Assembly: GCA_030430425.1 (NCBI GenBank)
Contig: JAUIFS010000001.1
Span: 5,992 to 69,991, forward strand
DNA: 64,000 nucleotides
Direction: 5' to 3'
Source of the DNA: a bacterium
GTDB lineage: Bacteria > Patescibacteriota > Minisyncoccia > Phycocordibacterales > UBA918
Below are positions 19,438 through 28,065 of this stretch, one piece after another. The position numbers and the translations under genes were made by a program. The notes under the pieces are model-generated. The model was not told the origin of the DNA. It did no database searches and worked only from the letters and a program-made list of their open reading frames with translations. Numbering within the stretch: the stretch's first letter is position 1; every line of letters starts with the position of its first letter.

Positions 19438-19760
19438 TATGAAATTGTATTTATAAGATCTGCAAGTTTCAGATTAGAACACACATGTGTGGTAACCTGC
19501 CTACTTGCAGACCTTTTGAATAACGTACTAACGATACCAATAAAGGCTGGAAACGTAAAACGTTTCCAGCCATATGTTGCAAGCTCCAACTTGTTCCTGT
19601 TGTAAACTTTTGCATGTTTCCTAAACTTTATTTTATTTTCTCCCCACTGTTGTACACAAGGGCATTAACCGTAAACGTTATTTTATCATTAATGATAAAA
19701 TAACGTTTACGGAGTTTCTTCTAAAGAAAACCACGGTCATGCATGACCGTGGTTTTCTTT

Positions 19761-20402
19761 TTATAAATCATCAGTGTCAGTTCCGGTGGTGATCACTTTT
19801 TCTATTTGTGATCGTAGGTTTTCTTTTCCGTGTGACTTTGTCTTGGATGTTGCTTTCTTGCTCGTCTTTTTTCGTGCTGACTTCCCGCGTGGTGCACGGT
19901 AGCCAAGTAGAAAGTTTTTCGGATCTTCGTCGAGGTCGATGAAGTCATCTACTGCAGCGCGGAATGCAGAAGATGCACTGCGGCCGAAGGTGACTCCTTC
20001 TACCTGGCATCCCATGTTTTGAATGTATTCAACACCCGGGATGAAGTCGCCGTCGCCCGTTGCAAAGACAATAGCGTCAACTTTGTGTGCAAGCTTGATA
20101 GCGTCTACCACCATGCCTACGTCCCAGTCAGCTTTTTTTGCTCCACCGTAGAAAATCTGCAGGTCTTTTGTTTTAATCTCGATCCCTACTTTTTCAAGCG
20201 CTTCGAAAAATGGCTGTTCCTCCCCGCTTTCAGTGTTTACCACGTACGCTGCGGCACGAATAAGTTTACGCTCACCAAGTGCCGCTTTCACGACATTGGC
20301 AAAGTTTACTTTTGCTTTGTATAAATTTTTTGCACTATGATACAAGTTTTGTGTATCGATGATGATTGCTACCCGTTGGTCCGGGTGTCTAATTACTCCC
20401 AT
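19761..20402 (-). CDS. NYN (LabA/DUF88) domain PIN-like nuclease
   Basis: IDTQNLYH, KKADWDVG and GDGDF motifs. Confidence 0.9.
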   Translation of the reverse strand: MGVIRHPDQRVAIIIDTQNLYHSAKNLYKAKVNFANVVKAALGERKLIRAAAYVVNTESGEEQPFFEALEKVGIEIKTKDLQIFYGGAKKADWDVGMVVDAIKLAHKVDAIVFATGDGDFIPGVEYIQNMGCQVEGVTFGRSASSAFRAAVDDFIDLDEDPKNFLLGYRAPRGKSARKKTSKKATSKTKSHGKENLRSQIEKVITTGTDTDDL

Positions 20403-20658
20403 AAGTTTTAAAAGTTACGCGCACGATTATTGATCCATATCTTTGTCAGGCTGCGCAAAATTTTCTCGTCGTACCAAGTTAGTACGTCTCGCAAAATCTT
20501 ACTTACCTTCCTCGATCTGCATTCAATACCCGAGCGCTCTAGTATGTTTCTTTTCGTATAAAAATTTGAATCAGTTACGATTCGTACTTCGCAGTGTATC
20601 ACAAAGAGAAACGGTAAGCCCCGCGCCTTATAGGCGCGGGGCAAACGTTTCAAGCAGA

Positions 20659-20925
20659 TTAGCGCTTTAGTCCGAGTTTCTTAATAAGACCCTCGTACGC
20701 TTTTTCATCTTTTCGCTGTAGATACTTTAGGTGCTTGCGACGATTCGCAACCATCTGCAGTAGTCCACGACGTGAGTGAAAATCTTTTTTGTGCTTCTTA
20801 AGGTGTTTCGCAAGCTCTTCAATCTGTCGAGTGAGGAGTGCTACCTGTGCTTCAGCAGAACCAGTGTCGGTGTCGTGCTTCTTCACATCCTTAATTGCGT
20901 TTGCTTTTTTTACTTTGCTTAACAT
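20659..20925 (-). CDS. rpsO: 30S ribosomal protein S15
   Basis: [24 protein letters not shown]. Confidence 0.98.
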   Translation of the reverse strand: MLSKVKKANAIKDVKKHDTDTGSAEAQVALLTRQIEELAKHLKKHKKDFHSRRGLLQMVANRRKHLKYLQRKDEKAYEGLIKKLGLKR

Positions 20926-20929
20926 AGTG

Positions 20930-21016
20930 TGTTTAAAAAATGCGTATTCTGTAATAGATACGACTTCAATGAAGTCCTACAGAAGTACGCGTACTAACCT
21001 GCGAAGGTTCCGTACA
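20930..21016 (-). promoter_or_regulatory. structured rpsO 5' leader (putative S15 autoregulatory element)
   Basis: Minus-strand hairpins gtacggaacct-tcgc-aggttagtacgcgtac and ttctgta..gacttc-att-gaagtc..tacagaa directly upstream of rpsO. Confidence 0.5.
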
Positions 21017-21117
21017 CTATAGCACAATTTACATAAATTGCAAGTTATGCCTTTACTTTCACTGCCTGTCAAAGTTATTGTGCGACACTTCTCTTGGTAT
21101 ACTTATATATGTATGAA

Positions 21118-21244
21118 TCCCACCCTTACTTTGCCACAGTGTTGGGTTGGGAAAATAAAACAATTGATATATGTCGAATTCTTATCAAAAATCTAATCAC
21201 TTTGACACGCAAACATTGTTTGTAGTGGCAAAGTAAGGGTCGGG
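21118..21244. mobile_element. 127-bp MITE-like or invertible element at the xer start codon
   Basis: 20-bp terminal inverted repeats (18/20 match, 16 bp perfect: 21122-21137 and 21225-21240), flanked by an ATGAA direct repeat (21113-21117, 21245-21249). Confidence 0.6.
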
Positions 21245-22159
21245 ATGAAGCTTTCGCAGCTAAAACGAGAATTTTTAGAATACTTAGAGATTGAACGGGG
21301 GCGTTCGTTGAAGACGGTTGAAAACTATGAACGGTACCTCACAAAGTTTTTAGCATTTGTAAAAACCGACTCCCCTTCTAAACTAACCGAAGAGCAGGTG
21401 CGTGAGTTTCGCCTCTACCTCAACCGACAACCAGGAACAAAAGTTGGTGGTCGCATGGAACCAATGAAGCGAAAGACTCAGAACTACTACTTGATCGCGG
21501 TTCGCGCTTTTTTGAAATACATGCGTAAGCGTGGAATCGAATCGCTCAACCCCGAACGTATTGAGCTTGCGAAAGTAGCAGAGCGTTCACTTGACCTGAT
21601 TACTGCACAAGAACTCGCGCGCCTTATGAAAGCACCTGACCAAAAAACAATTCAGGGGTTGCGTGACTATGCTATTTTGCAACTTCTTTTCTCTACCGGT
21701 TTGCGTATCTCTGAACTTACCGGACTTTCTATCGATGACGTTGACCTTTCGCGTGACGAATTTTCAGTGCGTGGGAAGGGTGAGAAGATCCGCGTGGTCT
21801 TTCTTTCGGAAGAAGCAAAGAAAGCGATTCGGGCATACCTCGGCGCACGGAAGGATATGCATGATGCGCTCTTTATTCAGTATGGGAAAAATGCAAAGAA
21901 CGCTGCTGACCTCCGGCTCTCTCCTCGCGCCGTACAGCGGATGCTCAAAGCCTGCGCAGCTCAGGCAGGTATCACTCGAAAGGTATCGCCACACGTTATT
22001 CGTCACAGCTTCGCAACTGATCTTCTGCAAAATGGTGCAGACCTTCGTTCAGTGCAGGCACTTCTTGGTCATGCAAACATTGCAACCACACAGGTCTACA
22101 CACACGTCACAGATAAGCACTTAGCTGAAGTACATAAAAAGTTTCATAGTAAAAAGTAA
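21245..22159 (+). CDS. XerC/XerD-family tyrosine recombinase
   Basis: STGLRISEL, VRGKGEK, HVIRHSFAT and LLGHANIATTQVY motifs (R-K-H-R-H-Y). Confidence 0.93.
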   Translation: MKLSQLKREFLEYLEIERGRSLKTVENYERYLTKFLAFVKTDSPSKLTEEQVREFRLYLNRQPGTKVGGRMEPMKRKTQNYYLIAVRAFLKYMRKRGIESLNPERIELAKVAERSLDLITAQELARLMKAPDQKTIQGLRDYAILQLLFSTGLRISELTGLSIDDVDLSRDEFSVRGKGEKIRVVFLSEEAKKAIRAYLGARKDMHDALFIQYGKNAKNAADLRLSPRAVQRMLKACAAQAGITRKVSPHVIRHSFATDLLQNGADLRSVQALLGHANIATTQVYTHVTDKHLAEVHKKFHSKK

Positions 22160-22193
22160 GTAGAAGAAGATGAAAAGAAAAACCCGATTACTT

Positions 22194-23519
22194 TTACTCG
22201 GTTTTTTCTTCAGATTCTATAATTTCTGAATCATCTTCAGGGTCGCCAAAGTATTTTTCACTGATCCTGGCTAATTTGTCATATATTTTTACACGAATAT
22301 GTTCTGGTAGTTGGGTGATCAAATCTTGGAACGCTTCGTAGAAAGCGCTATTTTTTGAGAAAGACTTTACTGAAAGCTGGGTTTGTAATTCTTTAACAAG
22401 CAGTCTTCTTTTTTTAAGTTCAATGTTGGGCATATGTTCGGATAGGATATCTACAAATGAATTAGGAAGATATGTACCGTTTTGTACATATTCTTTGAAT
22501 ACACTGTTAAGAATTACCTCTTCAGGGATATCGGCTATGGCGCTGATAAAAGCAATGTATTGTTCTGCAACACACATTTCGTTTGTATAGCCAACTTTTG
22601 TCTCGTGTAAGATACTGTCCAGATACGTGTTTTCAAAGTGATTGCGTGGGCACTGTGTGAGGTACGTTCGTGCCATACGTAGCGAGATCAGCTGTGTTAT
22701 TGCCTCGTTGATTCCCCTTCCTTTTTCTGTGATGTATCTCTCGGTTATTAACACTTGGTCTGACTCTCGAAGGACAAGTGACTGTTCCTCTCTTTCAACT
22801 TGCAGACCGAGAGCCCGGTAGTGAGAGTGGTCTGGCATGCTCGTATTTCCTGTGTCAGTTATTGCGTGGAGCTCTTCATGAATAAGAGAATGTACCGTTT
22901 TGATCCAGCCTAATATATCATCAAAATGTGCCCTTATTTCTTCTTCGTTCTCGTCTAAATAAGTTTGATCCGTAGCCATTGCTCGCACCTCAGTTGTGGT
23001 AACTGGAGGTTTCTTCTCTCCATGAATATGTTGGGCTATCATTTCACGTATCAGACCATGAGATTTTTCTTTAGATTTGGAATGATTCCATTTTATAAAG
23101 ACACGAGTGTGGTTAATATAATTCTGCAATGCAACCAAGTGTTGATCATTATAGAGTATTTGTGCGTTAGTAGATGCCGATTTAGAAAGTTTATATGCAT
23201 TAAGTGTAATAAACTTATTTAAGTTGTAGGTTGCATTAGATGTGTCGGTGTCCTTACCTTTTTCGATTATAATTTTTGCTTTTGGGATAAAGCGATTCAT
23301 GCATGAAATGACTCCCGTTGTTCCAAGGCTCTTACGTAGTTCTTGAAGAAATATATTGCGGACTGCAGTTTCATTTATATCATCTAAGTATCCGGCGATT
23401 TGTTTCATTTCAGGAGTGTCTTCAATTTCTTCAATGGATACATCTAGATCATCAAAAGCAGATTCAGCTTCAGGCGAGTAATTGCCGATAGGTTTTTGAG
23501 GGAAACGTTCACCTTCCAT
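22194..23519 (-). CDS. hypothetical protein, putative zinc metallopeptidase
   Basis: LIHEELHA (HExxH) and a downstream GINEAIT motif. Start moved to ATG 23519. Confidence 0.6.
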   Translation of the reverse strand: MEGERFPQKPIGNYSPEAESAFDDLDVSIEEIEDTPEMKQIAGYLDDINETAVRNIFLQELRKSLGTTGVISCMNRFIPKAKIIIEKGKDTDTSNATYNLNKFITLNAYKLSKSASTNAQILYNDQHLVALQNYINHTRVFIKWNHSKSKEKSHGLIREMIAQHIHGEKKPPVTTTEVRAMATDQTYLDENEEEIRAHFDDILGWIKTVHSLIHEELHAITDTGNTSMPDHSHYRALGLQVEREEQSLVLRESDQVLITERYITEKGRGINEAITQLISLRMARTYLTQCPRNHFENTYLDSILHETKVGYTNEMCVAEQYIAFISAIADIPEEVILNSVFKEYVQNGTYLPNSFVDILSEHMPNIELKKRRLLVKELQTQLSVKSFSKNSAFYEAFQDLITQLPEHIRVKIYDKLARISEKYFGDPEDDSEIIESEEKTE

Positions 23520-23572
23520 AATGTATTGATTATACCGCACGACCCGTACAGATATAAAAAGTGCGCCGAAAA

Positions 23573-23914
23573 CTATCGGCGCACTACTCTGTCTCGAGGT
23601 CGGGCGGTAAATCTGTGAAGATACAACACTTCTTCAGTTACTTGGATAAAGTACGCTTGATGTGACGCTCGCTCACCATCTTTAGGGGTGAGCTGTACGC
23701 GATAAAAATCACCCGCTCCCCCATTGCAATGTTTCATGCCGCCAGGGTATGGTCGAATGGAAACTCCTTTCATGTTTTTGAGCGTATCTACAAACAATGC
23801 ATGCTGTTCAGGTTTCACTTCGGGTAGTGTTTTCGTAAGAAAGGTATCTATGCGCTCACGCGTTTCTGCATCTATGTCATCAGGCATAGATATTGCTGCC
23901 AAAACATCTTCCAT
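23573..23914 (-). CDS. hypothetical protein
   Basis: ORF with GAGGTG SD before ATG 23914. Confidence 0.55.
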   Translation of the reverse strand: MEDVLAAISMPDDIDAETRERIDTFLTKTLPEVKPEQHALFVDTLKNMKGVSIRPYPGGMKHCNGGAGDFYRVQLTPKDGERASHQAYFIQVTEEVLYLHRFTARPRDRVVRR

Positions 23915-23989
23915 GTCATCACCTCTGATTTTCTGTGCGTACTTTCGCAAATTGTATAAGGTATGTCAAACACGGTATACTGCCACTAT

Positions 23990-24796
23990 ATGAAAATCTA
24001 CTCATGGAATGTAAATGGCATTCGGGCGGTTGAAAAAAAGGAGATGTTGGCACCTTTTATACAAAAACATAGCCCTGATGTACTGTGTATTCAAGAAACA
24101 AAGGCACAGGAGGACCAGGTTGCTGATATGTTTGCAGAATTATACCCAGCATATGAGCAATATTGGCATTCTGCTGAGCGAAAAGGCTACTCAAGTACTG
24201 CAATTTTCACCAAAATACCTCCCCTTGAAGTCATCTTAGGTATTCCTGATGACTTGAAAAAGAAGTACAAATTGGATGATGCCTACGGAGACACCACCAA
24301 AGAAGGACGTGTATTAACGCTTGAGTTTGAGCATTTCTACCTTTCAACAGTGTATACGCCTAACGCAAAGGATGATTTAAGCCGTATTCCTATGCGTCAG
24401 CAGTGGGATCCTGCATATTTGCAGTACATGCAACGCCTTGAGAAAGAAAAACCCGTTGTTTTTTGCGGTGATTTCAATGTCGCGCATACTGAGATAGACT
24501 TAGCACGTCCAAAACCAAATATGGGCAAAAAAGGCTTCACAGAAGAAGAAAGAGCTGGTTTTGATGCCATGATTGGTGCAGGATACGTTGATAGTTTGCG
24601 GTATTTTCATCCGAAAACACCCGATTTATACACGTGGTGGAGTCATTGGGGTGGCGCACGAGAACGAAACGTTGGGTGGAGGATTGATTATGTGATGGTG
24701 AGTGGCGCACTCACCTCTCTGCTCAAAAACGCTAAAATCCACCCAGATGTCTATGGGAGTGATCATTGTCCGGTATCAATTGATATTTCACTATAA
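23990..24796 (+). CDS. xth: exodeoxyribonuclease III (AP endonuclease)
   Basis: SWNVNGIRA, QETK, CGDFNVAH, GWRIDY and SDHCP motifs. Confidence 0.96.
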   Translation: MKIYSWNVNGIRAVEKKEMLAPFIQKHSPDVLCIQETKAQEDQVADMFAELYPAYEQYWHSAERKGYSSTAIFTKIPPLEVILGIPDDLKKKYKLDDAYGDTTKEGRVLTLEFEHFYLSTVYTPNAKDDLSRIPMRQQWDPAYLQYMQRLEKEKPVVFCGDFNVAHTEIDLARPKPNMGKKGFTEEERAGFDAMIGAGYVDSLRYFHPKTPDLYTWWSHWGGARERNVGWRIDYVMVSGALTSLLKNAKIHPDVYGSDHCPVSIDISL

Positions 24797-24823
24797 GAAA
24801 ACCCACAGCAAGCGCTGCGGGTT

Positions 24824-25153
24824 TTAAGTTGTGATGGGGTCGAAGTGATTGATTACGTGACTTTTGTCTCGGGCATGTTGCTTTGCACGCTTTGTGACAC
24901 GAGCAAGCTTCTTGCTTGTTCGGTAGGTGCTTCTCCATACGGTTACGAGTGTACAAAAGTGCTCATCTACAACGGCGATGCAAAATTTTTCGCTTTCGAG
25001 AATGAACAAGAGAAGATAGTGGTACTTTTGCTCCTCCCAAACGTCAGTGCCGAGTGTGAAGTAGCTTTGAGTTTCAACAAGATTACGAATGACACAAGGT
25101 GAAACTGCTGCTCGGGAAAGCGCATTGATAGCGCCGTGCCGTGATATTTCCAT
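24824..25153 (-). CDS. hypothetical protein
   Basis: 109-aa ORF with AAAGGAG SD, divergent from the large ncRNA candidate. Confidence 0.55.
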   Translation of the reverse strand: MEISRHGAINALSRAAVSPCVIRNLVETQSYFTLGTDVWEEQKYHYLLLFILESEKFCIAVVDEHFCTLVTVWRSTYRTSKKLARVTKRAKQHARDKSHVINHFDPITT

Positions 25154-25304
25154 AAGGCTCCTTTCGGTTCTAACTGCAGTATACGCAGCAGAAAATAAGT
25201 GTCAAATCTATTCCTACAACAACACGATTTACAGCAATGTCAAATGCTAGTATCGATAAGGAGATTACATGGCTTTGTTGAGCCATGAAAACACTTTTTT
25301 AAAA

Positions 25305-25394
25305 TGCGTGTCCTTTATAAAGGACACGCAATATTAGTTTTGCACAGTTATACACAAGCTTGTCCTTTACATATCCTTGTAAAGGACATAGTAT
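25305..25394 (+). promoter_or_regulatory. sigma70 promoter with TGTCCTTTA/TAAAGGACA palindromes and two DnaA-box-like sites
   Basis: TTTACA(25366)-N17-TAGTAT(25389). 26-bp palindrome at 25305-25330; 11-bp IR at 25361-25388; TTTTGCACA at 25338 and TTATACACA at 25348. Confidence 0.65.
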
Positions 25395-25397
25395 ATA

Positions 25398-26050
25398 TGC
25401 AGGCCCAGAGAGGGCGAGCACATACAACAAAATGTAGAGCGCAGAAATGCAATCAACAGAGTATGTCTTAAAGAGCACATTTCACAAAGCAAAATGAGTT
25501 AATACCTCCAACTCTAAAGTTCATAACATCCCACCTAATCTAAGTAAGCACTTGTATAGTGAGTTGCGATGAGGAGAAGAATCAAAAAAGAAGTAGAAGC
25601 GAAGTGATTCCCATCCTCATAGCAGCTCATACACAAGAAAAGTACAAATTTAAACTAGTACGAGCTTACAACAAAGAACCAAAACAATTGGAAGTCCAGA
25701 AGAGAAAAAAAGGACGACCACCTGAGACAAACCGTCTCGATATAGGTTCGCAAAGAAGTAAGGCCCTAGGAAACCGGCAGCGAATGCATCCACACATTAG
25801 CTATCGATTCCCTAGGGTCTTTTTTGAATGAACAAATGCCCAAAGGGCATATTGTGAATTTATGTCCCAATCCCTTCCTTCCCTAGAAGGGATTGCTGGA
25901 CGAGCAAAGTCTAGATGTATCATGAGTCTACATCTAGGTACGGCTTCTAAAAAAATATGTGCCGTTTCCTTCGTACTGCACTCAGAAATAGAGTTATAAA
26001 TAACTCCAAGAATACGGCTTAAAATATAGCGATTGGAAGTTATCCACCGA
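25398..26050 (+). ncRNA. putative large (~600 nt) structured non-coding RNA, family not recognised
   Basis: More than a dozen helices with A-rich loops and plus-strand G-U pairs, lying between a promoter and a terminator. No credible ORF. Confidence 0.7.
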
Positions 26051-26055
26051 CAAAG

Positions 26056-26085
26056 ACAAAAAGCGCCTATTTAGGCACTTTTTGT
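26056..26085. terminator. bidirectional terminator between ncRNA candidate and cca
   Basis: acaaaaagcgccta-tt-taggcactttttgt. Confidence 0.7.
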
Positions 26086-26122
26086 GTATTTTATGGCTTT
26101 GATCGCGTAATTTGGGGTTAAT

Positions 26123-27601
26123 TTAGCCAACTTTATGCTCTCTCGCGATGGCTTTGAGTGCTTTTTCCTCTTCTGTTGCCTGCTTTTCCTTCCCTGCTGT
26201 CCCCAATTTCTCAAGTTCTGTTTCAGGGAGTGTATTAAGCTCTAAAACCCTTGTTTCTAAGTACTTTTCTTCATTTTTAGTGGGGTCCTCCAGCACTTCT
26301 TCTAACAAAGCATGCAGGATATATCCTAGCTTTTTCCCCGGTTTTTCCCCAGTAATGTCCATAATGTCCTTTCCGTCTACCTTCAGCATCTTAACCGATA
26401 TAGGGTCTCTTAAAGCTTCATCAACCATGGCTTTGTACTTACGAAACCGAAACGGCTGCTCTTTAGGTCTTCCGGTACCAATGCGATCACAAATACGAAG
26501 ATTGAGAAGATCATCAATATGATCTTCTCCTATGCGCACAATAGTACGCCGTACTGCTGCGAGTGTAATTTCGTCAGGATCTGAGAAAAACATGTGCCAG
26601 CGCACGAGTTTTTCAACATTTTGGCTGAATTCTCGTGGCATTTTCAGGCGTTTGAGTATCTTGCGGGTCATGCGAGCGCCAACTACCTCGTGCCCGAAGA
26701 AAGAATAAGCCTTATTTTTGCCACCCATCGTTCGTGTGGCTGGTTTTCCGATGTCATGGAGAAGTGCAGCGTAGCGCATTTCGAGTGAAAAGCCCTTGTC
26801 AGCGGCCGCTTGGCAGGTACGTAGTAGGTGTTCGTACACGTCAAAAGCATGAATGCCTCCCTGCTCACACCCAATAGCGTCCTTAATCTCAGGCAGTACA
26901 TAGTTGAGCATTCCAAGACGCTCAAGGAATACGATGCCCTGCATCGGTGTGTCTGAGTGTATGATCTTCTGAAATTCATCCGCGATACGTTCAATAGAAA
27001 TACGTTCTAAAAGCGCACTATTCTTAGTGATTGACGTCATAGTCTCTGACTCAATGGCAAAGTTGAGTTGAGCAGCTAAACGAACAGCACGCATCATACG
27101 TAGTGCGTCTTCTCCAAAGCGTTCGTCTGGATTCCCTACTGTTTTAAGCCGTTTTTTCTTTATGTCTTCAATGCCACCAAATAAATCAACAAGTTTTTCG
27201 TCTTCTATACGATAGGCGATCGCATTGACGGTAAAATCACGTCGTTTGAGGTCTTCTTCAAGCGAAACGCCAAACGCTACGTTATCAGGGCGGCGTGCGT
27301 CTGAGTATGTTCCTTCAGTGCGATAAGGCGTAACTTCAATAACTTCAAGTGTTGGATCTTCAGCATCTTCAAACTTTACTCCGACAGTCCCGAAGTCGTT
27401 GTTGCAAAAGGTCTCATCTTCCCCGAAAAGACTCATTATTTCTTCAGGAGTAGCGTCGGTAGTGAGGTCCCAGTCTTTTGGGGTTCTACCGATAAGGAGG
27501 TCACGTACACAGCCACCCACCAAATACGCCTCAAAACCTCCCTTTTCAAGGGTTTTTGAAACATGTTGCACTTCTTTAGAGATGTCTGTGTGGGTTATCA
27601 T
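26123..27601 (-). CDS. cca: CCA-adding tRNA nucleotidyltransferase with HD domain
   Basis: VGGCVRD, DWD, DLKRRDFTVNA, EDALRMMRA and LLHDIGK motifs. Confidence 0.92.
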   Translation of the reverse strand: MITHTDISKEVQHVSKTLEKGGFEAYLVGGCVRDLLIGRTPKDWDLTTDATPEEIMSLFGEDETFCNNDFGTVGVKFEDAEDPTLEVIEVTPYRTEGTYSDARRPDNVAFGVSLEEDLKRRDFTVNAIAYRIEDEKLVDLFGGIEDIKKKRLKTVGNPDERFGEDALRMMRAVRLAAQLNFAIESETMTSITKNSALLERISIERIADEFQKIIHSDTPMQGIVFLERLGMLNYVLPEIKDAIGCEQGGIHAFDVYEHLLRTCQAAADKGFSLEMRYAALLHDIGKPATRTMGGKNKAYSFFGHEVVGARMTRKILKRLKMPREFSQNVEKLVRWHMFFSDPDEITLAAVRRTIVRIGEDHIDDLLNLRICDRIGTGRPKEQPFRFRKYKAMVDEALRDPISVKMLKVDGKDIMDITGEKPGKKLGYILHALLEEVLEDPTKNEEKYLETRVLELNTLPETELEKLGTAGKEKQATEEEKALKAIAREHKVG

Positions 27602-27870
27602 TGGTGTTATTGTAGCAGATTACATTGCATGAATGTGTCTTATGTTACTAAAGACTTCGTTCTATTAAGTACCTGCTGACCCAGCGCCTTGTTTTCTTTT
27701 TTTTTGAGAAGGCAAAGCAGAATTTTCGGACTCGATCCTTACAGGATCAGTACAGGTTGTCACTATTTTGTTTCCTTCGTCACAAAATAGCAGGCAGCCT
27801 TTTCGAGTCCTGGTAGCCTACAGTCATACACAAAGGCCGATGCATATGCATCGGCCTTTGTTTATTTTTG

Positions 27871-27942
27871 TGTGCCTACCAGGACTCGAACCCAGAACGC
27901 TTGGGCCGAAACCAAGAATGATATCCATTTCACCATAGGCAC
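27871..27942 (-). tRNA. tRNA-Arg(UCG)
   Basis: Cloverleaf gtgccta...taggcac, anticodon arm cttgg-tttcggc-ccaag, TTCGA loop. CCA not encoded. Confidence 0.92.
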
Positions 27943-28065
27943 AGGTGTTTTTATGAGTACTGCACGTATTTCGGCTGTAATGCAGTGGGAATACTATACT
28001 TTATTTAAAAAGAAAATCAATAGTGCCACTTTCTGTGTCCCGCTGTGGTTTTTCAGTCTCTGTTT

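Noticed and set aside
21245-25153. Prophage or integrated element driven by the tyrosine recombinase
   Set aside because: The protein looks like housekeeping XerC/D. No phage structural genes or att repeats were seen.
25559-25831. 90-aa ORF in the large intergenic region
   Set aside because: GTG start without RBS; Lys/Arg bias explained by A-rich loops; lies entirely within RNA helices.
25688-26021. RNase P RNA as the identity of the large RNA (AGAATACGGCTTA resembles CR-V; GGAAGTCC and GAGCAAAGTC resemble CR-I)
   Set aside because: No 5' strand forms a full P4 with TACGGCTT, and the length is well above typical. Not called, but worth an Infernal check.
27871-27942. tRNA-Arg with UCG anticodon as an oddity
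   Set aside because: UCG decoding is an established alternative in reduced genomes, so it is not novel by itself.
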